Shown: one piece after another, positions 45,604-53,025 of the stretch
Numbering within the stretch: the stretch's first letter is position 1
Layout of the letters: each line of letters starts with the position of its first letter
Assembly: GCA_964387375.1 (NCBI GenBank)
Contig: CAYLWB010000001.1
Location: 38,514 to 102,513, forward strand
DNA from: an uncultured Candidatus Peribacteria bacterium
Lineage (GTDB): Bacteria > Patescibacteriota > Gracilibacteria > UBA1369 > 2-02-FULL-48-14
Length of the DNA stretch: 64,000 nucleotides
Direction of reading: 5' to 3'
Made by a program: the position numbers and the translations under genes
Notes under the pieces: generated by a model
Told to the model about the DNA's origin: nothing
Databases searched by the model: none
What the model saw: the letters and a program-made list of their open reading frames with translations, nothing else

Positions 45604-45630
45604 TACAGTGAGCCCAACTTAAGCTTCCTT

Positions 45631-45882
45631 GTGGACTTTCTTCAACAAACTCTAAACATCCTCCTCGAGATCCTCTTTGTTTTGATTTTTGCTCGCGTTC
45701 TCATGAGTTGGTTCGTGCGGGATTTTCGCCACCCCTTGGTGGTTTTTCTACACGACATCACAGAACCCATCCTTGGACCAATCCGCAGAGCCCTTCCTCG
45801 AGCCGGCATGCTTGATTTTTCACCTCTAATCGCTGGGCTCATCATCATTTTTGCCCAAGACTTGATCAACCGACTTTTATGA
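45631..45882 (+). CDS. YggT-family membrane protein
   Basis: GTG start. LIFARVLMSWF...PILGPIRRALP...DFSPLIAGL is the YggT signature. Confidence 0.8.
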   Translation: MDFLQQTLNILLEILFVLIFARVLMSWFVRDFRHPLVVFLHDITEPILGPIRRALPRAGMLDFSPLIAGLIIIFAQDLINRLL

Positions 45883-47192
45883 TCCACCTTTACGACAGTC
45901 TACAGGGCAAAAAGGTCCTCTTTGAAAAGACTCCTGGTGATACCGTTTCCTTTTATGTTTGTGGCCCCACTGTCTACGACTTGGCCCACTTGGGGCACGG
46001 ACGCAGTGCCGTGGCTTTTGATTTGATCCGTCGCAGCTTCGAATTCTTCGGCTACCCCGTCGTCTTTGCCTTCAACAACACCGACATCGACGACAAAATG
46101 ATCCAACGCGCGGCCGAAGAAGGCATTAGCGTAAAGGAACTTGCCGATCGCATCATTCCCGAATACAAAAAAGATTACGCAGCCCTGGGCGTGTTGGCAC
46201 CCACGCACAATCCAAAGGCTACCGAATACGTGACAGAAATGATCAAAATCATTCAGGAATTGGAGCGAAAAGGGCACACCTATGCCTTGCAAGATGGTCT
46301 TTATTTTGACATCAGCACGTTCCACGACTACGGCAAACTTTCCCACCAAAAAATGGCGGAATTAGAAGCCGGAGCACGTGTGGAAGAGCGGGGAGACAAG
46401 CGCAACCATCAAGATTTTGTACTCTGGAAACTCAAAAAGGAAGGTGAACCCTACTGGCTCAGTCCTTGGGGTGAAGGCCGACCCGGTTGGCACATTGAAT
46501 GCAGCGCCATGAGCGCTTCCTTACTGGGCAAAACCTTCGACATCCACGGCGGTGGCTTGGACCTGAAATTCCCCCACCACGAATGTGAAATCGCACAGAG
46601 CGAAGGTGCCAACGGCGTGACTTTTGCCCGCTATTGGATGCACAACGGTTTCGTGACCGTGAACAAGGAAAAAATGAGCAAGTCGCTCGGCAACTTCTTC
46701 ACGCTCCAAGACATTTTCCAAAAATTCCACCCACGCGTGGTGCGCTTTTTTGTGATCAGCACCCACTACCGCTCCCCCATCGAATTTAGCCAAGAACTGC
46801 TGGAACAAGCCCGCGCCACTCTGCGCAAACTCGATGAATTCTACCTCACTCACCGCGATGGCGAGGAACTCGACGAAACCCTAATCCAAAAAATCAAAGA
46901 TAAAATGGCGAATGATTTTGACGTTGCTGGCGCCCTGGCCGAGCTCTTTGAATGGATGAAAAGCGACCCTCAAGGCAAAGGAGCCACCCTGCGAAAACTG
47001 AATGACCTTTTCAACATTTTCCCTGTTGATTTTGAGCCGACGGAAGCGCAAAAACTCTTGGTGGAAGAACGCCAGACCGCGCGAAAAAACAAAGACTGGG
47101 CCAAGTCCGATGCACTACGCGAAGAGCTGGCAAAAGAAGGAATTGAAATGGAGGACGCGATGGAAGGGTACTTTTTGCGGCCTAGGATTTAG
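45879..47192 (+). CDS. cysS: cysteine--tRNA ligase
   Basis: [16 protein letters not shown] (HIGH), [35 protein letters not shown]. Confidence 0.95.
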   Translation: MIHLYDSLQGKKVLFEKTPGDTVSFYVCGPTVYDLAHLGHGRSAVAFDLIRRSFEFFGYPVVFAFNNTDIDDKMIQRAAEEGISVKELADRIIPEYKKDYAALGVLAPTHNPKATEYVTEMIKIIQELERKGHTYALQDGLYFDISTFHDYGKLSHQKMAELEAGARVEERGDKRNHQDFVLWKLKKEGEPYWLSPWGEGRPGWHIECSAMSASLLGKTFDIHGGGLDLKFPHHECEIAQSEGANGVTFARYWMHNGFVTVNKEKMSKSLGNFFTLQDIFQKFHPRVVRFFVISTHYRSPIEFSQELLEQARATLRKLDEFYLTHRDGEELDETLIQKIKDKMANDFDVAGALAELFEWMKSDPQGKGATLRKLNDLFNIFPVDFEPTEAQKLLVEERQTARKNKDWAKSDALREELAKEGIEMEDAMEGYFLRPRI

Positions 47193-47662
47193 CTTTTTTG
47201 AATCAGAGCCTCAAGAAGAATGAATGAAATGGGTGACCAGATATTGTTAAGGTAGTGGAGAATCACCCCCGGCCAGATGCTTTTGGTTTTAATAGTGAGA
47301 TAGCCCAAAATGGGTCCTAGGAAGAGGCCTGTATACAAAGCTTGTCCCAAAGTTTGTTGAATATCGTAATAATAGACATTTTTTAGATGCCAAAGACCAA
47401 AAAGAAGTGAAGAATAAAGAAGAGCTTTTTTCCAGGAAAAGGAGTACATCAAGGCTCCTAAAATCAACCCTCGAAAAATCATCTCTTCATAAACAGGTGC
47501 CAAAACAAGAATCGGGTTTAGGGGCAACTGAAAGAGCAATCCTGTTTTTTGAAATTCAAAATACCCCCAAACAATTAGGAAGAGGTATGCGAATATAATA
47601 ATCCCAACTTGAATGGTAGGAGTCAGCCTCCAGACAGTACGGAATTTGAAGTAATTCTCCAT
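47189..47662 (-). CDS. CPBP-family intramembrane glutamic endopeptidase (CAAX protease-like)
   Basis: EEMIFRG, FGLWH and HYLNN, the three CPBP motifs, within a 5-TM protein. Confidence 0.85.
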   Translation of the reverse strand: MENYFKFRTVWRLTPTIQVGIIIFAYLFLIVWGYFEFQKTGLLFQLPLNPILVLAPVYEEMIFRGLILGALMYSFSWKKALLYSSLLFGLWHLKNVYYYDIQQTLGQALYTGLFLGPILGYLTIKTKSIWPGVILHYLNNIWSPISFILLEALIQKS

Positions 47663-47674
47663 TTTACAGGGATG

Positions 47675-48925
47675 TTAAAGCTTCTCAAACAACGCATCAA
47701 TAGGCCCCGCCCCCATCACCACGAGTACATCCTTTTCGGTGAGCTTTTCTTTGAGGTAGCTAGCTGTCGCATCCAGCCCATCCAAAAAATGCGAATGGGC
47801 ATGGTGTTCTCCAATTTTTTTTGCCAAGCCTTCGGCCGAAATCGCAGATTTGTCCGTGGCCTGATCCCGCACTTCATAAATACTAGGGATAATGACTTCG
47901 TCTGCCCCTTCAAACGCGCGTGAAAATTCTTCCAAAAGACCCACAGTACGATTGTACTGATGAGGTTCAAATACGGCCACAATACGCGCAACAGGATACG
48001 CCTCACGGGTTGCCGCTAACGTTGCACGGATCTCGGTAGGATGGTGAGCGTAATCGTCAAGGCAGGGCGCTCCATTCAAAGTTCCGCGGTGTTCAAAACG
48101 ACGCCAGGTTCCTGTAAAGCGGCCCAAAGCCCGTTCAATCGCTTCTTCAGTTGCGCCCAGTTTTCGAGCCACATGTGCGGCCACTCCAGCGTTCATTCGA
48201 TTGTGTTTTCCAGAAACTCCTAAAGGCCCTTCGTAGACTGCAACCTCTCCCGGCCAAAGCACTTCTTGGCTTTGCGCAGCCAATTCATGGAAAGCGGCTT
48301 GATAATCTTCAAAGTCCTTGAAGTAGTCCATATGATCAAAATCCATATTCAAAACCACCAAAAGCTCTGGCTTCAAAAAGAGAAAATCTCGACGGTACTC
48401 ACAGGCTTCCACCACAAAAAATTCACTCTTCCCCACTCGCAGATTTTTGTTTCCGAATTCACGCACCTTGGTACCCACCAAAACGGTTGGATCCAGACCT
48501 GCTTCGATCAAAATCAAGCCAAGCATGGCTGTGGTTGTGCTTTTGCCATGACTCCCTGAAATCGCGACCACTTTATAAGCTTCCGTTGCCTCTCCGAGGG
48601 CTTTAAAGTAATTTTTTTGAGGAATTCCACGGGCTGCCGCCTCCATTCGTTGAGGATCGCTTGCAGGCACGGCCTCGCTGTACACCAAAACATCCAAATC
48701 CGGGGGCAGGGATTCGTGACCTATACAAACCGAAATCCCCTCTTCTTGAAGCTCTCGTGTGAGAGCCGTTTCAACCATATCACTCCCACTCACCTCCTTG
48801 CCTTGGGCTTTAAAAAAGCGCGCTAGGGCGCTCATTCCAATTCCACCTATTCCTACAAAATACATTTTGTTATGATGAGGTCCCTTTGATTCTAACATAG
48901 ATGGCTGCTCAGAGCTACGATTCAC
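47675..48925 (-). CDS. murC: UDP-N-acetylmuramate--L-alanine ligase
   Basis: YFVGIGGIGMSALARF, SGSHGKSTTTAM, DYAHHPTEI. The longest ORF is given. The start may instead be the Met at 48898 (MLESKGP...), which would remove the 25-nt overlap with the divergent ftsB-like gene. Confidence 0.9.
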   Translation of the reverse strand: MNRSSEQPSMLESKGPHHNKMYFVGIGGIGMSALARFFKAQGKEVSGSDMVETALTRELQEEGISVCIGHESLPPDLDVLVYSEAVPASDPQRMEAAARGIPQKNYFKALGEATEAYKVVAISGSHGKSTTTAMLGLILIEAGLDPTVLVGTKVREFGNKNLRVGKSEFFVVEACEYRRDFLFLKPELLVVLNMDFDHMDYFKDFEDYQAAFHELAAQSQEVLWPGEVAVYEGPLGVSGKHNRMNAGVAAHVARKLGATEEAIERALGRFTGTWRRFEHRGTLNGAPCLDDYAHHPTEIRATLAATREAYPVARIVAVFEPHQYNRTVGLLEEFSRAFEGADEVIIPSIYEVRDQATDKSAISAEGLAKKIGEHHAHSHFLDGLDATASYLKEKLTEKDVLVVMGAGPIDALFEKL

Positions 48926-49317
48926 AATTGGGGGTGCTGCGCCTAGTTCTCGTGGGGCTCTTTTTTGCTCTCACCTACATGCTCTACAACCTAGCTGTCT
49001 CGGTATACGAAAACTATCAAATCGAACAGCACATTGCTGAATTTCAGAATAAAAATGCAGAACTTGCAGAAGAAAACCGACAAAAACTCGAGGATTTTCA
49101 ATATTATACTTCTGACGAATATGTGGAAAAATTTGCCAAGCAGAACCTAGGACTCATCAACCCTGGAGAGAACGTGGTGATCATTCCAGATGAAGATCTC
49201 ATCATTATGTCGGAATCCGATGATGCTGCTGCACTTTCCGAACAGATTCGTGCCACCTGGTCGAATCCAAAGAAATGGTGGAAGTTTTTCTTCAGTGCCA
49301 ATCCGTTCAAAGCCTAA
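48901..49317 (+). CDS. septum formation initiator (FtsB/DivIC-like)
   Basis: N-terminal TM helix, a coiled coil (IEQHIAEFQNKNAELAEENRQKLEDF), and VEKFAKQNLGLINPGENVVII. Confidence 0.7.
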   Translation: MAAQSYDSQLGVLRLVLVGLFFALTYMLYNLAVSVYENYQIEQHIAEFQNKNAELAEENRQKLEDFQYYTSDEYVEKFAKQNLGLINPGENVVIIPDEDLIIMSESDDAAALSEQIRATWSNPKKWWKFFFSANPFKA

Positions 49318-49324
49318 AAACAGA

Positions 49325-49353
49325 TTGCCAAGCGCAGGGATTTTTCATAGAAT
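49325..49353 (+). promoter_or_regulatory. sigma70-like promoter for tRNA(CAT)
   Basis: TTGCCA (49325-49330), 17-nt spacer, TAGAAT (49348-49353). The tRNA starts at 49375. Confidence 0.5.
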
Positions 49354-49374
49354 GCACGAGCCGCTTTTACTTGT

Positions 49375-49451
49375 GGCAGGATAGCTCAGCTGGTTAGAGC
49401 ACAGGACTCATAAGCCTGGGGTCGGCGGTTCAAGTCCGCCTCCTGCTACCA
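49375..49451 (+). tRNA. elongator-type tRNA with anticodon CAT (tRNA-Met, or tRNA-Ile2 if lysidinylated), CCA encoded
   Basis: Acceptor GGCAGGA/TCCTGCT (G1-U72 wobble), D-arm GCTC AGCTGGTTA GAGC, anticodon loop CTCATAA, T-arm GGCGG TTCAAGT CCGCC. There is an A31-G39 mismatch in the anticodon stem. Confidence 0.85.
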
Positions 49452-49462
49452 TTTCCATTTGA

Positions 49463-49491
49463 AAAAGCCCCTTCGACATGAAGGGGCTTTT
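49463..49491. terminator. bidirectional intrinsic terminator
   Basis: 12-bp GC-rich hairpin AAAAGCCCCTTC-gacat-GAAGGGGCTTTT with A/T runs on both sides. It lies between the tRNA (+) and the stop of the convergent lipoprotein gene (49505). Confidence 0.6.
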
Positions 49492-49504
49492 CGGTATTTG
49501 CTTC

Positions 49505-50539
49505 TTAAATGCTCAAAGAATTGAGGAGTTCCAAAACATCTTCTTCATACGCTTCAATCAGATTTTGAGAGGAGTAGAACACAAACTGAATCGCTCCGTC
49601 ATCTCCAGTGTAGTAATACCCATGGTAGAAGAAAGGAGTACCTTCCAAGTCCACAGCTGTCTTCATCTCAATCATTTTCACACCGTTGATTTCCACTTCT
49701 TCTTCAGAAACCACGCTGGGCTCTCCCACGCTGGAAAAGTTTGCAAGTGCAGCTTCCTTCAATTCATCTCGAGTCATAGCAGCGGTATCAGTAATCACCA
49801 TTCCATAAACGTCTCCATCACGATGACTGAAGAAAAAGTCATATTGGTCGTCGCTGGATTCAGGAAGTTCCATAACCCACTTCCCATCATCGTAGCTGAT
49901 TTCGTAAGGGAGGAGGGGGCCTTCAACCGTTTGAAGCTCACCCGCTTCTTCGTCCCGAGATACAGACGAAGCCTCTCCTTCTCCAACTTTCAAACCTGAC
50001 AGCAGAGCTTCAATGTCGTCCAAAGAAGCTTCGGCATCTTCTTCTAAAGAATATGCAACAAACTGGATAGAACCTTCATCACCCACATAGTAGTAACCTT
50101 CGTAAACCGCAGTCATACCATCCATCTCAACTCGTGTACGCATGCTGTGCATGTCAAATCCGTTGACTTTGACTGTTTTCTCGTCAAGAACCTCAACATC
50201 ATCAGAGACCGATTCAAAATTTTCTAAAGCAGCCGTCTTAAGATTTTCGTAGGTCAACTCCATTCGTTCAGCAATAAGCATTGCAAAGATGCTTTCGTCT
50301 TTGTTGCTGAAAAGATATTCGTATTCATCTGTATCTCCACCCTCTTCAACTGTCCAAACATCATCGTCATAAGAAACCAAATAGTTTACAAATTCTCCTG
50401 AAACGCTTGCGGATGCTTCTTCAGAAGAAGTTTCTTCCTGAGCATTTTCAGTTTCTTTGGGTCCAAGTTGAACGGTACATGCAGAGGCCAGAAGGCCAAA
50501 AAGCAGCAAGGAAATAAAAAGGGTCTTTTTCATAAGCAT
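49505..50539 (-). CDS. acidic lipoprotein made of two tandem homologous domains
   Basis: Lipoprotein signal peptide MLMKKTLFISLLLFGLLASAC. Residues ~49-184 and ~208-344 align with each other (SYDD..W.(V/M)E......(E/Q)Y(E/D).(L/F)FS.(K/R)D......(L/V)I......T...LK.AAL.NF.SV.........V..NG..M......V...G.......GYYY.GD.G.IQFV.YS). Confidence 0.65.
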   Translation of the reverse strand: MLMKKTLFISLLLFGLLASACTVQLGPKETENAQEETSSEEASASVSGEFVNYLVSYDDDVWTVEEGGDTDEYEYLFSNKDESIFAMLIAERMELTYENLKTAALENFESVSDDVEVLDEKTVKVNGFDMHSMRTRVEMDGMTAVYEGYYYVGDEGSIQFVAYSLEEDAEASLDDIEALLSGLKVGEGEASSVSRDEEAGELQTVEGPLLPYEISYDDGKWVMELPESSDDQYDFFFSHRDGDVYGMVITDTAAMTRDELKEAALANFSSVGEPSVVSEEEVEINGVKMIEMKTAVDLEGTPFFYHGYYYTGDDGAIQFVFYSSQNLIEAYEEDVLELLNSLSI

Positions 50540-50569
50540 GGGTTAATGCGCCGAGAGTATACATAAAAA

Positions 50570-50597
50570 AAAGGCCCCTTCAAAGGAAGAGGCCTTT
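50570..50597 (-). terminator. intrinsic terminator or intercistronic hairpin after the 173-aa lipoprotein gene
   Basis: Hairpin AAAGGCC...GGCCTTT. Read on the - strand it is followed by a run of 8 T (the A-run at 50565-50572). Confidence 0.5.
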
Positions 50598-50614
50598 AAA
50601 AGTTTCAAAGAAGA

Positions 50615-51136
50615 CTATTTATCAATCTGAGCGTATTCATCAACTGCAGAAAACTCTCCATAGGTGGGAGAAGAAATAGTCATTTCCGCCCAACCGTAGG
50701 TATCCTTAGCTCCTTTAATTTCTTCTGCAGGGATACGAACAAATGGATCATCCAAAGAACCATACATCACTGCATCTTCATCAAAAGTGCCAGTGTAAAT
50801 TTGGTCGGTCTTCACATAATCAAAATCGTCGTTGTACTCAGCATTGTACATGGTCACAGTAACAGACCAGTCCTTTTCAGTAGGATAAACATACTCCCCA
50901 TTGGCGTCTTCAAAGTAGAAGCTGATTTCAGCCCCATCTTTATCAGCATCGGCATCCCAACTTTCCCAAAAGCTGTAAGAAGTAACGCTGGCAATCTTCA
51001 TATCCTCCTCTTGTGCAGAGTCCTTAGAGGAATCAGAAGAGGTATCTTCACTGCTGCCATCCTTATCCCCACCGAGCTGAACGCTACAAGCGGAAAAGAC
51101 AAGCATTGCGGAAAGGAAAAGTATGAATTTTTTCAT
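50615..51136 (-). CDS. acidic lipoprotein
   Basis: Signal peptide plus lipobox MKKFILFLSAMLVFSAC. It shares the post-Cys motif (S/T)VQLG with the neighbouring lipoprotein. The linker is Asp/Ser-rich. Confidence 0.65.
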   Translation of the reverse strand: MKKFILFLSAMLVFSACSVQLGGDKDGSSEDTSSDSSKDSAQEEDMKIASVTSYSFWESWDADADKDGAEISFYFEDANGEYVYPTEKDWSVTVTMYNAEYNDDFDYVKTDQIYTGTFDEDAVMYGSLDDPFVRIPAEEIKGAKDTYGWAEMTISSPTYGEFSAVDEYAQIDK

Positions 51137-51184
51137 GGCGTTGTATTAAAGAAATAACAATGCGAACACTCTAGCAAAAGCTCC

Positions 51185-51213
51185 TTGCTTCTCCAAGCGA
51201 TTTTCTTTATAGT
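51185..51213 (+). promoter_or_regulatory. sigma70-like promoter for the initiator tRNA
   Basis: TTGCTT (51185-51190), 17-nt spacer, TATAGT (51208-51213). The mature tRNA 5' end (51219) is only 6 nt past the -10 hexamer. Confidence 0.5.
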
Positions 51214-51218
51214 CCCCC

Positions 51219-51293
51219 TGCGGGGTAGAGCAGTGGCAGCTCGTCGGGCTCATAACCCGGAGGTCGTAGGTTCGAATCCTACCCCCGCAACCA
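51219..51293 (+). tRNA. initiator tRNA-fMet (anticodon CAT), CCA encoded
   Basis: Near-identical in pattern to bacterial initiators: three consecutive G:C pairs closing the anticodon stem (GGG/CCC), loop CTCATAA, acceptor TGCGGGG/CCCCGCA, discriminator A. Position 1 is U, paired with A72, rather than the usual C1xA72 mismatch. Confidence 0.85.
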
Positions 51294-51294
51294 A

Positions 51295-51909
51295 TTAAAA
51301 TAGACTCACCTGGCCAACACTGGGGCTTTTTTCAGGCTCTTTCGGTAAATTCTGCACCAAGTGGATGTCTTTGAGCTCCTTCGCTCCCCCATTTTGTAAA
51401 ACACGTAAGAACTTTGTAAGCAATTCAGCCGTAGCACGTGCATCGTGAAGAGCGCGGTGTGCTTGGCAAAGCTCCACTCCAAAGTGTTCTGCAAGGTTCC
51501 CTAAGCCATAACGCGGTAAATGGGGGTGCACATGCTTGGCCAATTTAAAGGTGCACAAATAAGGGTTGCTCAGCTCGGCTCTTTCTAAGCGGCCAAGACT
51601 ACGATTGATGAAAGTCCGGTCAAAATCACAGTTGTGAGCCACAAACACTCCCTCCTTACTCAAAAAATTCAGAAAAGGATCGATCACTTCTTCAAAACGC
51701 GGAGCTTTTTCAACCATTTCACTTGTAATTCCCGTGATTGAAGTGGTTTCTTGAGGGATAAAAACACCTGGATTGACCAAAGAGCTCCACTCGTCGACAA
51801 CTTCTCCATTCAAAACTTTAACAGCCGCCAGCTCAACAATACGATCAAGGCTGGGCTCTAAGCCTGTCGTTTCAATGTCTACGACAATAAAAGGCGTTGT
51901 GTGAATCAT
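51295..51909 (-). CDS. DnaQ-like 3'-5' exonuclease (DNA polymerase III epsilon family)
   Basis: Exo I FIVVDIETTGL, Exo II VAHNCDFDRTFI, Exo III HRALHDARATAEL. Confidence 0.85.
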   Translation of the reverse strand: MIHTTPFIVVDIETTGLEPSLDRIVELAAVKVLNGEVVDEWSSLVNPGVFIPQETTSITGITSEMVEKAPRFEEVIDPFLNFLSKEGVFVAHNCDFDRTFINRSLGRLERAELSNPYLCTFKLAKHVHPHLPRYGLGNLAEHFGVELCQAHRALHDARATAELLTKFLRVLQNGGAKELKDIHLVQNLPKEPEKSPSVGQVSLF

Positions 51910-51927
51910 ACGGCGGGCACTTTAACA

Positions 51928-53025
51928 TCAGTGAACCAGTTCATCAACCACAGCTCGGATCTCGCTGTAATCTCCTGATTTCGGCAGTAATATGTAGGCT
52001 CCACCCTCATTGATCATAGAATAAAGATAGTTCTGAGTGCTAAAAACCAAGCCCGTACGCAAATCGTAGCTGGCATAGTTTTGGTAGTAATGAATGATGT
52101 CCAGTAAAGAAAGGTCTGTATTTACATGGTTCATTGCAGTAGCAAAGAGTGTGCCAAGATCGGAAGTCTCCAATCCATTCTGCATTTCCTCCACCTTGGT
52201 ACGTAGAGCATACAACACTTTTTGCTGGCGACTGGCTCTGTCAAAGTCTGAAGTGGACTTGCGGCTGCGAGAATAACGGAGTGCTTCTGTACCATCCATA
52301 TGATGGTGTCCAACCTCAATCGAATAGGGCTCGTAACCATTCGGGCCAGGGAATTGCCCATCATAAATTGCCTCATCCACGTAGACATCTACTCCCCCAA
52401 CTAAATCCACCATATCGATAAAACCCTGCAGGTCTACCTCAATGTATTTTTCCATGGTCAATCCCGTGACCATTTCGACCATGCGTTTAAGCTGATCTGG
52501 GCCATACAGAGAGTAATAAACGTTGATACGGCGACCATTCACATAAAGATCTCGAGGAATCGAGAAAAGTGAAATTTTAGACTCAAGCTCATTGATGCTT
52601 GCGACCATAATGGTATCTGTATGCATGCCATTCGTTCCCAAAACCAAAATATCCAAGGTGCTATCTTCCTCAGCAAGTTGCAGGTGATCTTCCTGAGGAT
52701 AGAAACCCGCTTCCAAACTTTCAAAAGAAAGCTGACCAAAAAGAGATTCATAAACACCTTCCCCACCCTGTACATAACTAAGAGTTTCCTCAAAGGACCC
52801 CAAACCTTCTTCTATAGAGCTGAGCACCACCTCTTGATTCTCCAGTTCCATCTTAAGATTCAGGTTTTCTTGACTGAGAGTCCCAATTTCATCCACCAAG
52901 GCATTGATCTGTTCTTGGTTTTTTTCTGCTGCCAACTGAATAGACCCATTCAGCCAAAACAAGCCGGAAAATAAAACAGCAATGAAGAGGAAGAGCAGAA
53001 AGTTAAATACTTTGGACGGGTTCAT
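51928..53025 (-). CDS. LytR-CpsA-Psr (LCP) family cell-wall glycopolymer transferase
   Basis: N-terminal TM helix, a coiled-coil insert, then ILVLGTNGMHTDTIMVASIN...SLFSIPRDLYV and RYSRSRKSTSDFDRASRQQKVL. Confidence 0.85.
   Translation of the reverse strand: MNPSKVFNFLLFLFIAVLFSGLFWLNGSIQLAAEKNQEQINALVDEIGTLSQENLNLKMELENQEVVLSSIEEGLGSFEETLSYVQGGEGVYESLFGQLSFESLEAGFYPQEDHLQLAEEDSTLDILVLGTNGMHTDTIMVASINELESKISLFSIPRDLYVNGRRINVYYSLYGPDQLKRMVEMVTGLTMEKYIEVDLQGFIDMVDLVGGVDVYVDEAIYDGQFPGPNGYEPYSIEVGHHHMDGTEALRYSRSRKSTSDFDRASRQQKVLYALRTKVEEMQNGLETSDLGTLFATAMNHVNTDLSLLDIIHYYQNYASYDLRTGLVFSTQNYLYSMINEGGAYILLPKSGDYSEIRAVVDELVH

Noticed and set aside
49375-51293. Idea that the lipoprotein cassette between the two tRNA(CAT) genes is an integrated genomic island
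   Set aside because: There is no integrase and no direct repeat of either tRNA 3' end at the opposite boundary. By eye there is no obvious compositional break. It is kept only as a synteny question in the findings.
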